Assembly: GCA_038248985.1 (NCBI GenBank)
Contig: JBBRWV010000001.1
Location: forward strand, 3,091 to 67,090
DNA from: Phycisphaerae bacterium
GTDB taxonomy: Bacteria > Planctomycetota > Phycisphaerae > WQYP01
Length of the DNA: 64,000 nucleotides
Reading direction: 5' to 3'
Below are positions 19,401-26,621 of the stretch, in pieces; positions within the stretch are counted from its first letter, which is position 1; each line of letters begins with the position of its first letter. The position numbers and the translations under genes are program-made. The notes below the pieces were generated by a model. It was given only the letters and a program-made list of their open reading frames with translations. It was not told where the DNA came from and did not search any database.

Positions 19401-20965
19401 TCTCAGACCAAACCAGCCAAGGCTCCTGGGGCCACGGTTCCGCCATGGCGGACGGTCGTTTCGTCGGCCAGGCCTTGCTCGTCCTCGGCAAGCCCGATGA
19501 AAACGGCAAGTCCAACACCTCCGTCTCCGTGGAACGTGCACGGCGCCTCCTGGGCGCATGGCGTTACAGCGATGGCGACAATGCCAATTCTGATGCCGGT
19601 TCCGTCAAGGCTCCCGTGCTGCCGATTCTCGGGTCCGACACGATCACTGCGGTCTACAACGATAAGCGTTCAACCAGCGGCGATAACCAGGAACGCAAGT
19701 CCGAAGGACGCATGGTCACCGATGCCACGCTCACGAATCTCGACCGTGGATTCCTCGAACCCGTGGCCACCATTCACCTCGGTGAAAAACTTTACCTCCG
19801 CGTCGAGGATGCCGATCGCGACACCACGGCCGAGCAGGACGAAGTCACCGTGACCCTTACCAGCAACGCCGGCGAGAAACTGGACATCACGTTGAAAGAA
19901 ACCCTGGGTCACTCCGGTACATTCACCGCCGAAGTGCCCACCCATCACGCCACCAAGCCCGACCCTGCCAATGGCACGCTGGATACCAATTTCGGCGACT
20001 CGCTTTCACTGGCCTACGTGGATGACTCGCACACCCAGTCGATGTCACCCATCGAACGCAAACTCAGCATCCAGGTCGCCCTCGGAGCCGATGCAGCGAT
20101 GGCCGCGTTCACCAAGCAGTTCGGCAGCGAGGAAATCGCCGTCGAAACCCAGTTCAAGCTCGCCGAATGCTATTTCGAGATTTTCAAGAGTCAGAATCAA
20201 ATCAAGGCCACCGCCGAGGCCCGCGTCGCCCTCGAATCCGGCCGCGCCATCCTCGCCACCGTCCGTGACAACTACCGCGGCTCCGGGTACGAAGCCCGCG
20301 TGCTCTACCTGCTCGGCGGCTTCCACCAGGAACTCAAGGAACTCGACCAGGCCATCGAATGTTACAACGGCATCATCCGCTCGCATTCCAACAACGCCTT
20401 CGCGCCTGATGCCCAGTACAAACTCGCCCAGTGCTTCGAAGACAAAAATGAGATGGATCGTGCCAGCGAAGAGTATGTGCGGCTGGCCTACACCTACCCC
20501 GATAATCCCCTCATCGCCAAGTGCATGGTCCGCCTGAACGACTACTTCTTCAAGATTAACAAGTTCCAGGTCGCCGCCAACATCTGCGGCCAATTTCTGG
20601 AGCAGTACGGCGAGCATGAACTGGCCCCCAAGATCGCCTTCCGCCAGGGTCAATGCTACTTCAAGGCTGCTGAAACCCCCGTCCGCGAAGGTGAGCCGAA
20701 AACCGATCCGAAGGCTAATTACTTCCTCGCCGCCAAGGCCTTCGATGTACTGGTGGAACGCTACACCGATAGCGACCTGCGTCCCGATGCCATGTTCTGG
20801 GCCGGTCGGGCGTATCATGAGGCCGGTGAGGAAGCCCTGGCGTATCGTCGTTACCGTCGCGTCACCTGGGACTTTCCAGATTCCGATGCCGCACGTTATG
20901 CTCGCGGTCAGTTGACGCTGCCGGCCATGCTCAACGCGGCCAAGGATGATTCCGGCAGCAAGTAA
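13475..20965 (+). CDS. Giant secreted protein (2496 aa): N- and C-terminal TPR arrays, central F5/8 type C (discoidin)-like and PA14-like carbohydrate-binding domains, plus repeated beta-modules
   Basis: Signal peptide (MARKNKFMSKITASALLVALMTGGVVLYPDLVTAAP). Discoidin-like block DKDTASAWESQHDGQPGKWLAADLKDVFSIKQFAFSMP...FTIESSNNGTLW. PA14-like block VGYFFVNKTGVQTFHAITGDNGSAALVIDGRVI...GWHHFAGFITLRGAY. TPR-like C-terminus, e.g. AQYKLAQCFEDKNEMDRASEEY. A recurring module ...G.F.......DG.L...GSD.I...Y.D occurs at least 5 times. Confidence 0.8.
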   Translation: MARKNKFMSKITASALLVALMTGGVVLYPDLVTAAPKDAKTVQTSTAAVAAIKTLLTQISQATGEELRSPLRLKLVDAYMEHGRPLEAAAELQVWLKNNSKAPERERALLTLINAQRQSNDWDGAASVSRTFIREYPKSASLESTFSGLVEIARYGQASPVSEASALGDWVAANPNDAANAGRMLRQARLQEQSGAVAEAIATLRKFTAKYPKDPAAGDASWRAIYLTHDRLRRSAEAFEAGKIFLNANPKRPNSSKEWQWLGDLARSMDNHQEAIQAFKKALAADPTNRELINQFQDSLWRTGNIPEMSALSDFMTKNLPWDSQNWNLRLALANKSLDADGKKNGPAVQAEMLSLIDKGVRPGDAAGIYERASLALGIDPKVITETLKGKYAQAKREGRRELAERITELLRRTQGATITQAFIETELKENPLNNGNLVRTYVEMSVNDQIWETNEKKRTKYELDGTIKKIAEIIKPYAYLPELRKGMEQAGDALQRTKQKELTVVLRQQIEMLSQTELAIQVDIAYREARRDWKKATDALTILLKESKTNPAVFTTLGHDTMWTLLERTPPEGVDKVLAWWGAQADSRPDDIWFNNMVGDAFRRYKKFPEAVVFYARGSTGTVTIENSQNYSQALGSLIDVYSYELKKNDEAEKLIVNFDRNATSYSPQARQERYRQFGDFYGRLNARDKQINYYRKAAELGMSNTGYDSVKNLMIVLPPAESVAYGQKLLADAAYDKWSPEIGLMVAHRQATGLKDMAAAVDTLALANEKRLTTGTFDMDNWGTFRELVSMGLDLADPKRVTDPKRKEMLTGIKPLEPAKLDQLLALGMQWLGSQQMHEVAREIIRRAGTSGERGAQLDIFSQILARTKANDGWHWDRNMEIINDEVARGNEGTASTMLRLLLKQSSGYNEAARSAARSLLLNTYKKFGEDLLAVDDKSPIAPLLKGASYLRLGEEKTAWEMYQKNAELFAQKIDEIPSEYVLYIGNELATGSDADRDVAEQLLRTWLARADKIQGLEGSVKAAVQLKLADVFYYGRRFDVARAEYQSVMDKYPETAQAIEAQFRIGESFMYQKNYVEATKVFEKLRKNKDTDIAIRATFMQGVLQYETNAREEARETFKAVLDLSPSEEIASKTLFQLALIYGDDNRFKEMLDMLSAIGNYGREAKRWHSPGKPLTVLIHDPDMAIVQDARSVPVLVTTSNGDRELITLVSGAAGKGFFQADLPTTLGASKPNDGTLQLLGSDIITYDYPDDFKAKFKYVPPPQGNIRIAADATFAVSNAHIQEESKRSALQRADKDGKIQRLSDEAKEFRANNEIKPGNPLYVRIVDPDRSTNVGVNRVEVVARAGTGDTVRMWVNETSANTGIFEGMIKTAERPAEAIASDSSLGKLPGLATDKDTASAWESQHDGQPGKWLAADLKDVFSIKQFAFSMPDDKQLAAARFTIESSNNGTLWTPVLTQDKGKIAHGLTLNYGPMRHKHYAWSKEKAKFADAKAPEDLTSYINTVATAKVASLDASAVNTMALPAVGTDTEADVHSLVGYFFVNKTGVQTFHAITGDNGSAALVIDGRVIAADKKGFSEWGVGVELTRGWHHFAGFITLRGAYTDRSKPAGFRCTPIDTWGVDQAMQYATAQRGGENEPMPVPSLISVPAEGKLKVEGATLTADFSAAPIPGRLFRVRFEKYSGDFVSVSNLQVTGADGKLLLPAEGSVVSLADDDVLQVSPGEDISVSYADQVNTRTPGEARALSGKLKATYYNAKIAAIAYEVKSTTEGVERRIKELYRIDPGDRIIAHITDYDEDTSPEINKLQFKVRSESGAEVALEATETDATSGIFTKEIETGEGLGKLSVKPGERIYLIYTDRQNTQPGSRTDRVAELSVVKPTDGLVNILPTRAELPPPPKKDAAPVFATGDGVTIGEPRIIYLKPEPGKPARVVLAAPLTVEVIDQDAAKDSHSTVVVEITTSSGAKLKLPLELSDQTSQGSWGHGSAMADGRFVGQALLVLGKPDENGKSNTSVSVERARRLLGAWRYSDGDNANSDAGSVKAPVLPILGSDTITAVYNDKRSTSGDNQERKSEGRMVTDATLTNLDRGFLEPVATIHLGEKLYLRVEDADRDTTAEQDEVTVTLTSNAGEKLDITLKETLGHSGTFTAEVPTHHATKPDPANGTLDTNFGDSLSLAYVDDSHTQSMSPIERKLSIQVALGADAAMAAFTKQFGSEEIAVETQFKLAECYFEIFKSQNQIKATAEARVALESGRAILATVRDNYRGSGYEARVLYLLGGFHQELKELDQAIECYNGIIRSHSNNAFAPDAQYKLAQCFEDKNEMDRASEEYVRLAYTYPDNPLIAKCMVRLNDYFFKINKFQVAANICGQFLEQYGEHELAPKIAFRQGQCYFKAAETPVREGEPKTDPKANYFLAAKAFDVLVERYTDSDLRPDAMFWAGRAYHEAGEEALAYRRYRRVTWDFPDSDAARYARGQLTLPAMLNAAKDDSGSK

Positions 20966-21011
20966 TAGTTTGGATTGAATATCGTTGTGAGTTTATTCGA
21001 GGTTTCCGACC

Positions 21012-21839
21012 ATGAGTTTTCTAATCACACTGGCGCAAGCGGCATCGACTGCGGCCACCCAAGCCGCCTCCAACCCCGCCACCGTCACCCAGACCACCGA
21101 AAACGCCAAGGCTTGGTATGAGTACGGCCTTATCGGCTGGTACTACAACGGTGGCTTCTTCATGATTCCACTCTTCCTTTGCCAGGTCATCGGATTGGCG
21201 ATCATCATTGAACGCATCCTCGCCTATCGCGCGATCTCCATCGATACCTCCGGCTTCCGCGCCAAAATCGCCGCGTTGCTCTCCGGCGGAAAGGTCGATG
21301 ACGCACTGGTGCTCTGCGACACCACCCCCGGCCCGGTCTCCGCGACCATCGCCGTCGGCCTCCGCCGTTTCAAACTCCTTCGCGTCCTCGGTAAACCCGC
21401 CGATCAAATCGAGTCTGAAGTGTCCAAGGCCGTCGATGATTTCGGCGTTCACATCATCGCGATTCTCGAGAAGCATCTCCCGCTCCTCGCGACTGTCACC
21501 GCCCTGGCCCCGCTCTTCGGCTTCATCGGCACCGTGTACGGCATGGTCGAAGCCTTCGATGCCATCACCCAGGCCGCTGGCTCCGGCAACATCATTCTGG
21601 TAACCGCGTCCGGCATCAAGGTGGCGTTGCTCACCACCGTCCTGGGCCTCTGCATCGCCATCCCCGCCCAGTTCTTCTACAACGCCTTCTCCAACCGTGT
21701 CAACGGCTTCGTCCTCGAAGTCGAAGAATCCGCGACGGAGCTGGTCCAGAACCTCGCACTCATGTCGGCTCTGGGCGATTCGGCGATCACGTCGAGCCCC
21801 GCCGACGCCAAGGCAGTTCTAGCGACCACCACGGCCTGA
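21012..21839 (+). CDS. exbB: MotA/TolQ/ExbB proton-channel family protein
   Basis: Three-TM topology with conserved C-terminal region LAPLFGFIGTVYGMVEAF...ALLTTVLGLCIAIPAQFFYN, typical of ExbB/TolQ. Confidence 0.9.
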   Translation: MSFLITLAQAASTAATQAASNPATVTQTTENAKAWYEYGLIGWYYNGGFFMIPLFLCQVIGLAIIIERILAYRAISIDTSGFRAKIAALLSGGKVDDALVLCDTTPGPVSATIAVGLRRFKLLRVLGKPADQIESEVSKAVDDFGVHIIAILEKHLPLLATVTALAPLFGFIGTVYGMVEAFDAITQAAGSGNIILVTASGIKVALLTTVLGLCIAIPAQFFYNAFSNRVNGFVLEVEESATELVQNLALMSALGDSAITSSPADAKAVLATTTA

Positions 21840-21879
21840 AGTGACCTCACACCGCCTGTAAAGAAAGTTTCTCCCCGCT

Positions 21880-22338
21880 ATGTCCATCCCGCGCAAGAAA
21901 AAATCTGCCGTTGAAATCCCGCTCACGTCCACCGCGGACGTGGCGTTTCTGCTGCTCGTGTTTTTCCTGGTGGCGGCCTCCAACGCGGTCGAAAAAGGTG
22001 TGCCGCTCGACCTGCCCAATACCAGCAAAACCCAGGAGAAAAAGAAGTCGGAAAACCTCGAGGTCGGCATCACTGTCGATGCGATCACCCTCGGCGGTGA
22101 GCCTCTGGCCAATGAAAATTCCCTCCAGGAAGTTCTGCGGGCCAAACTCGCCGGCGTTACCGAGCCCTCCCTCCGCGTCGTCGTCGTAACTGCCGCCGCC
22201 GCCGTGGATTACCAACGCTGGACCCGCTTCATCGCCGAAGTGGAAATGGCCGGCGGCATCCCCGCCCCACAGATCGAAGAAGAGGAAACGCGTCCCGCCT
22301 CTGGTAGCGGCCCGGTCGACGGGGGGGAGGCCAATTGA
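21880..22338 (+). CDS. exbD: ExbD/TolR biopolymer transport protein
   Basis: N-terminus EIPLTSTADVAFLLLVFFLV, the ExbD TM with conserved Asp, plus a periplasmic domain. The stop overlaps the start of the next exbD (ATGA at 22335-22338). Confidence 0.85.
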   Translation: MSIPRKKKSAVEIPLTSTADVAFLLLVFFLVAASNAVEKGVPLDLPNTSKTQEKKKSENLEVGITVDAITLGGEPLANENSLQEVLRAKLAGVTEPSLRVVVVTAAAAVDYQRWTRFIAEVEMAGGIPAPQIEEEETRPASGSGPVDGGEAN

Positions 22339-22751
22339 AGATCCAGCGCGCGCAAAGACTTAACGCCACGATCCCCCTCTGCAGCACTGCGGATATCGCC
22401 TTCCTGCTACTGATATTCTTCATCGTGCTCTCCAAGAACGCCAATGAATCCTCGCTCGAATGGCTCCCCGCCGAGTCTCCCCAACTCCTCGTCGACGCGG
22501 ACAACTCCGTCGTCACCGTCATCATCGATAAAAAATATGACGTCTTTGTTAACGGCCACGAGGTCGCGCCCTCCATGGTGAAATCCGTCGTACAGTCTTA
22601 TCTCGGCGACCGCGCGCCGGGCTTACGCAAAGTCCTTTTGAAAATTGATAAAGACGTGCCCGAGCGTGTCTTCGGCAAAGTATTGTTGGATATCGGCGAA
22701 GCCGGCGGTGACATCTTCCGCGCGCTCGATACCGTTTCTGAAAAGAAGTAA
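22335..22751 (+). CDS. exbD: ExbD/TolR biopolymer transport protein (second paralog)
   Basis: N-terminus ATIPLCSTADIAFLLLIFFIVL followed by a periplasmic domain. Translationally coupled to the upstream exbD. Confidence 0.85.
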   Translation: MKIQRAQRLNATIPLCSTADIAFLLLIFFIVLSKNANESSLEWLPAESPQLLVDADNSVVTVIIDKKYDVFVNGHEVAPSMVKSVVQSYLGDRAPGLRKVLLKIDKDVPERVFGKVLLDIGEAGGDIFRALDTVSEKK

Positions 22752-22790
22752 CGATTCGCCGCTCTGGCGGCTGCATTCAGGAGTTTCTAT

Positions 22791-23207
22791 ATGGCGACGA
22801 TCAGCAATCTGAAAACCGGCGTGAAGGGAACCGCCAAAGAGATCCAGGAATTCGTGGCCTCTCTCAAAGGCCGCACACCTGCTGAAGCCATGGGCGTCGT
22901 CGCCCAAAGTCACCTCCTGCAGGCCATTGTCATCTCCGTGCTCGTTCAGGGTGGCATCATGGGGCTATCCTGCGGCATCGCTTATTACAGAGGTGACCCT
23001 CCCGCGCCGGTGGCCCCCGTTATCGTGGCCCCCGCGCCGGCCAACCCCCGGCCCGCCCCCGTACCGGCCGCCACCAACACCGCAGCCACTTCCGCCCCCT
23101 CCGAAGACGCCATCAAGAAAGTCATGAACACCGACATCATCAAACCGGAAGACCAGACCAAAAAAGGCCCCCGCGATGTGGATGACATTCTCAACAACTT
23201 TCGCTGA
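22791..23207 (+). CDS. Membrane-anchored proline-rich protein: TonB/TolA-like N-terminal anchor plus rod, lacking a recognisable C-terminal TonB domain
   Basis: Single TM (LLQAIVISVLVQGGIMGLSCGIAYY) followed by the Pro/Ala-rich segment PPAPVAPVIVAPAPANPRPAPVPAAT and a short charged C-terminus. Position in the operon is that of tonB/tolA. Confidence 0.5.
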   Translation: MATISNLKTGVKGTAKEIQEFVASLKGRTPAEAMGVVAQSHLLQAIVISVLVQGGIMGLSCGIAYYRGDPPAPVAPVIVAPAPANPRPAPVPAATNTAATSAPSEDAIKKVMNTDIIKPEDQTKKGPRDVDDILNNFR

Positions 23208-23604
23208 ACGTGTCTCCCTCCGTGTCCCTTTCCTAACCTCCGACAGGAATTGAATTCTGGAAACGTCACCCTCCCAACCTCGCTTTACCTTCCGCAAGGC
23301 CAGCTCCCTCAAGCCGCCGACCGGTATCGGCCGCCTGTTCACCGGCATCAATAACGCCCTCGAACGTCTCTGGGAGATCAGCAAGCCCTACATCCTGGCC
23401 GTCATCGGTCCGGTCGTAAACCTGGTCACCAAGTCGTTCCGCCGCAATGACAAAGAATGGAACCCCGCCCGGTCCGATGCTTGGTACTATGGCAAACGCG
23501 ATGCCCGCTTCTATCACGGCCTCACCTGGTCCGCCCTCATCCAGGGACTCGTCCTCCTCTGGTTCACGGTCGGCATCGGCCTCACCGGCTGCAATGAATA
23601 CCTG

Positions 23605-24510
23605 ATGCCCGCTGGCGGCGGCACCACCGCCGCCATGGCCAAACAGATGATGAAGGTCAAAAAGGTCAAAATCGTCAAAAAAACCCGGCAGATCGTCAAC
23701 GTCAATTCCCCTATCATTTTTCAGCGGCCGGATATCGACAAAATGATGGAAGAAAAAGTCACCAAAGTTCTCGAGCAGGGCACCGCCAATCTCTACAAGC
23801 AAGGCATGATGGGTTCCGGCAGTGGCGACTCCGCCGGCTTCTCCAGCGGTCGTGGCGTCGGCGAGGTCGGCCTCATCCGCCTCAAGTATTCCGGCGGCGG
23901 AGATTGGGATTCCAACTTCGGCAAAGGTGCCGACAACAATATGCTCTTGGAATACCACCTGCTTTCCGAACAAAAAACCGCCAAGGAATCCAAAGCCATT
24001 CCCATCATTGGCTTCGACGGCCTCAATTCGTATAAGAAATATTACGCACCGCCCATGGTTTACCTTACCGGCTCAAAAGGCCTCGACCTCAGCGACAGAG
24101 AAATCACAACCATCCGCAAATACATCGAGGAAAACCACGGCATGATCTTCGCCGACGCCGCCTCGCCCGCCTGGGGCCGTTCCTTCCGCGAAAACATAAT
24201 GCCCCGGATTCTCCCCGACGTGAAAGCCGTCGCCATCCCCATCGATGACGAAATCTACACCGGGCCCTTCGCGCTCACCTCCATGCCCTACGCCTCGCCC
24301 CATGACCAACCCATGGTCATGCGCGGCTGGAAAATCAACGGCCGCTGGGTCGCCATTTATCACCCCGGCGATATCGGCGATTGCTGGAAAGACGGTCACG
24401 CCGGCGTCTCCGGCGAAACCGCCACCGCCGCCTATGCTCTGGGGGCCAATATCATCTTTTACGCCCATCGCACGTATAATGAATGGCGTACTGAAAATAA
24501 GGTTAAATAA
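23605..24510 (+). CDS. DUF4159-like domain protein. The ORF is open upstream to 23254 and encodes two predicted TM helices, so the start is probably upstream and non-ATG.
   Basis: Blocks IRLKYSGGGDWDSN, PPMVYLTGSKGLDLSDREITTIRKYIEENHGMIFADAA, INGRWVAIYHPGDIGDCWKD and ALGANIIFYAHR fit my recollection of DUF4159 conserved blocks. The frame upstream of ATG 23605 has no stop back to TGA 23251 and encodes ISKPYILAVIGPVVNLV and LTWSALIQGLVLLWFTVGIGL (TM-like). There is no ATG, GTG or TTG in that stretch; only ATT at 23254 and CTG at 23257. Confidence 0.6.
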   Translation: MPAGGGTTAAMAKQMMKVKKVKIVKKTRQIVNVNSPIIFQRPDIDKMMEEKVTKVLEQGTANLYKQGMMGSGSGDSAGFSSGRGVGEVGLIRLKYSGGGDWDSNFGKGADNNMLLEYHLLSEQKTAKESKAIPIIGFDGLNSYKKYYAPPMVYLTGSKGLDLSDREITTIRKYIEENHGMIFADAASPAWGRSFRENIMPRILPDVKAVAIPIDDEIYTGPFALTSMPYASPHDQPMVMRGWKINGRWVAIYHPGDIGDCWKDGHAGVSGETATAAYALGANIIFYAHRTYNEWRTENKVK

Positions 24511-24512
24511 GG

Positions 24513-26159
24513 ATGTCGATGCGTACTTTGCACCGGACAAGACGTTTTTCCCCCGCCCTGCCCGCACTCGCCTTGGCAGCACTCTGCGCCCTCTTCCCGG
24601 CGGCTCAGTCCCCTGCCCGCGCCGATGAACCCGGCCTGCTCTCCAAGGAACGCTGGACCAACCTCACCGAAATCCAGTTCGCCGAACTCAAGTCCGCCGA
24701 AGACACATTCCGTAAAAAAGCCTACACCGCCGCACGTAACGCCTATGAAAAATTCATGACCGTCAACAGCAAGTCCGATGTCGCCACCTATTGCCAGTTG
24801 ATGATGGGCGAATGCCTCCGCCTCAACGGCAAACCCAACGAAGCCATCTCCGACTTTCAGTTCGTCCGCGATCTCGCCGAAGATTCCGATGATGCCAAGT
24901 GGGCCTACCTCCGCATCGCCCAATCCCACCGCCAGGCCGGCAACGCCGAAAAAGCCGCCCTCATCTATAAGGAAATCTTCAAGGACAACGGCACCCACGT
25001 CACCGCCTTCGTTGCCGTCCTCGAACTCGTCGACGTGCTCGAGAGTCAAAACAAACTTCGTGACCGCGCTCCCTATCTCGACGACTTCGCTGAACGCTTT
25101 CTCAAAAAACGCTATGACGGCTGGGCGTATCAACGCGCCATCCACACCCTCGCCTATGAAAAATTGCTCGCCGGTTCGCCCGACGTCGCCTTCACCCTCC
25201 TCAAAACCGTCGAAAAATCCGCCGACGCCGAACGCACCGTTCTCAACATCGGCTCCAACGCCGTCCGCGATCTCAGCACCAAGGAAACCGTCAACCGTCG
25301 CGATGCCCTCGCCGAAGCCCTCACCAACATGGTCATGGCCTGGCTCCGCGAAAATAAGGACCGCACCAACCACCAGGATCTCACCCGCGGCGTCGTCTTC
25401 CTCTACATCAACATCGGCAAGGGCGAAGAGGGTGCCAAGCAGGCCCTCGCCGCGCGCAAAATCTACAGCGATGCCCGCTGGACTCTCGAACTCATGGTCG
25501 ACCTCTACCGCCACGATAAAAAAATGGACAAGGCCGTCGCCACCGCCTCCGAAGCCCGCCGCATCCACAAAGATGCCGACTGGACCCTCGACATGTACGC
25601 CGAACAACTCAAAGACAGCGGCGACCTCGGCCAGGCCGTCTCCGCCTGGGATCTCATGAAGGACCGCAGGCACGCCCTCTTCCGCAGTTCTGATGCCCTC
25701 CGCCACGCCGGAAAAATTACCGAGGCCATCGAACGGCGCCGCAAGATTTCCGAGCTTGACCCTACGGCTGGCTCCGAAGTCGCCATGTGGATCGGTGACG
25801 TGCTGGAGCAATCAGGCAAATACGATGAAGCCATCAAGGAATACCTGCTCGCCCAGAACGAACCGCGGAATCTCTACCAGATTGCCGAATGCAAATCCAA
25901 ACAGAAAAAATACAAGGAAGCCATCGAGCAATACTCCACCATCGCCGCCGCCTTTGAAAAAGAAACTCCCGAGGCCATGTATCGCATGGCCCTCGAGTAC
26001 GAAAAACTCTCCGACACCACCACCGCCATCAATTTCCTCCGCCGCATCTGCCGCACCTTCCCCAAGTCGCAGGCCGCCTCCAGCGCCCACGTCCGCCTGC
26101 AATCCAAATACAAAATCGATGAAACCCTCGGCGGTTCCGAAGGCGACAAGAAAGACTGA
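24513..26159 (+). CDS. Secreted TPR-like repeat protein (548 aa), in CpoB/YbgF-like position at the end of the exbBD cluster
   Basis: Signal peptide (MSMRTLHRTRRFSPALPALALAALCALFPAAQSPARA). TPR-like helical repeats throughout, e.g. AYLRIAQSHRQAGNAEKAALIYKEIF and EAIKEYLLAQNEPRNLYQIAECKSKQKKYKEAIEQY. Start is 3 bp after the DUF4159 stop. Confidence 0.75.
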   Translation: MSMRTLHRTRRFSPALPALALAALCALFPAAQSPARADEPGLLSKERWTNLTEIQFAELKSAEDTFRKKAYTAARNAYEKFMTVNSKSDVATYCQLMMGECLRLNGKPNEAISDFQFVRDLAEDSDDAKWAYLRIAQSHRQAGNAEKAALIYKEIFKDNGTHVTAFVAVLELVDVLESQNKLRDRAPYLDDFAERFLKKRYDGWAYQRAIHTLAYEKLLAGSPDVAFTLLKTVEKSADAERTVLNIGSNAVRDLSTKETVNRRDALAEALTNMVMAWLRENKDRTNHQDLTRGVVFLYINIGKGEEGAKQALAARKIYSDARWTLELMVDLYRHDKKMDKAVATASEARRIHKDADWTLDMYAEQLKDSGDLGQAVSAWDLMKDRRHALFRSSDALRHAGKITEAIERRRKISELDPTAGSEVAMWIGDVLEQSGKYDEAIKEYLLAQNEPRNLYQIAECKSKQKKYKEAIEQYSTIAAAFEKETPEAMYRMALEYEKLSDTTTAINFLRRICRTFPKSQAASSAHVRLQSKYKIDETLGGSEGDKKD

Positions 26160-26267
26160 TCGCCCCGCACCACGTGCCGAATTTATGCGCCTTTATCCCT
26201 GAATCTTCACGACATCTGTATTGGCCTTGCGCTATAATCTCCGGCATCCACGTCCGGAGGATATCTC

Positions 26268-26561
26268 ATGCTCACTCAGGAAGACCCCAGCGCCTCACGC
26301 CCCACGCGCCCCACCGCGCCGCGCGCCGCATGGGTCGCCCCCTTTCTGCTTCTCCTCCTCGTGCTCGTCCTCGTGCTGCGGCACGATTTCTGGAATTGGG
26401 ATACGCCCTACCCCCTCCTTTTCGGCTTCCTCCCCATCGGACTCTGGTGGCAGGCGCTCGTCTCCATCCTCGCCTCTATCATGATGGCCCTCTTCGTCCG
26501 CCTCGCCTGGCCTCATCACCTCGAAGAAGAACTGCAACCTCCGCCCGACCAGCATAAATAG
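26268..26561 (+). CDS. Small membrane protein of the DUF3311 type, usually paired with SSS transporters
   Basis: 97 aa with two hydrophobic helices (APFLLLLLVLVLVL; LVSILASIMMALFV). Sits immediately upstream of a sodium:solute symporter, as is typical for DUF3311. Confidence 0.55.
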   Translation: MLTQEDPSASRPTRPTAPRAAWVAPFLLLLLVLVLVLRHDFWNWDTPYPLLFGFLPIGLWWQALVSILASIMMALFVRLAWPHHLEEELQPPPDQHK

Positions 26562-26621
26562 CTCCCACTACGCCGTTCGTATTCGCCTCCCTTCCTCACT
26601 GAAATTGCCCGGAGCCTCCTC

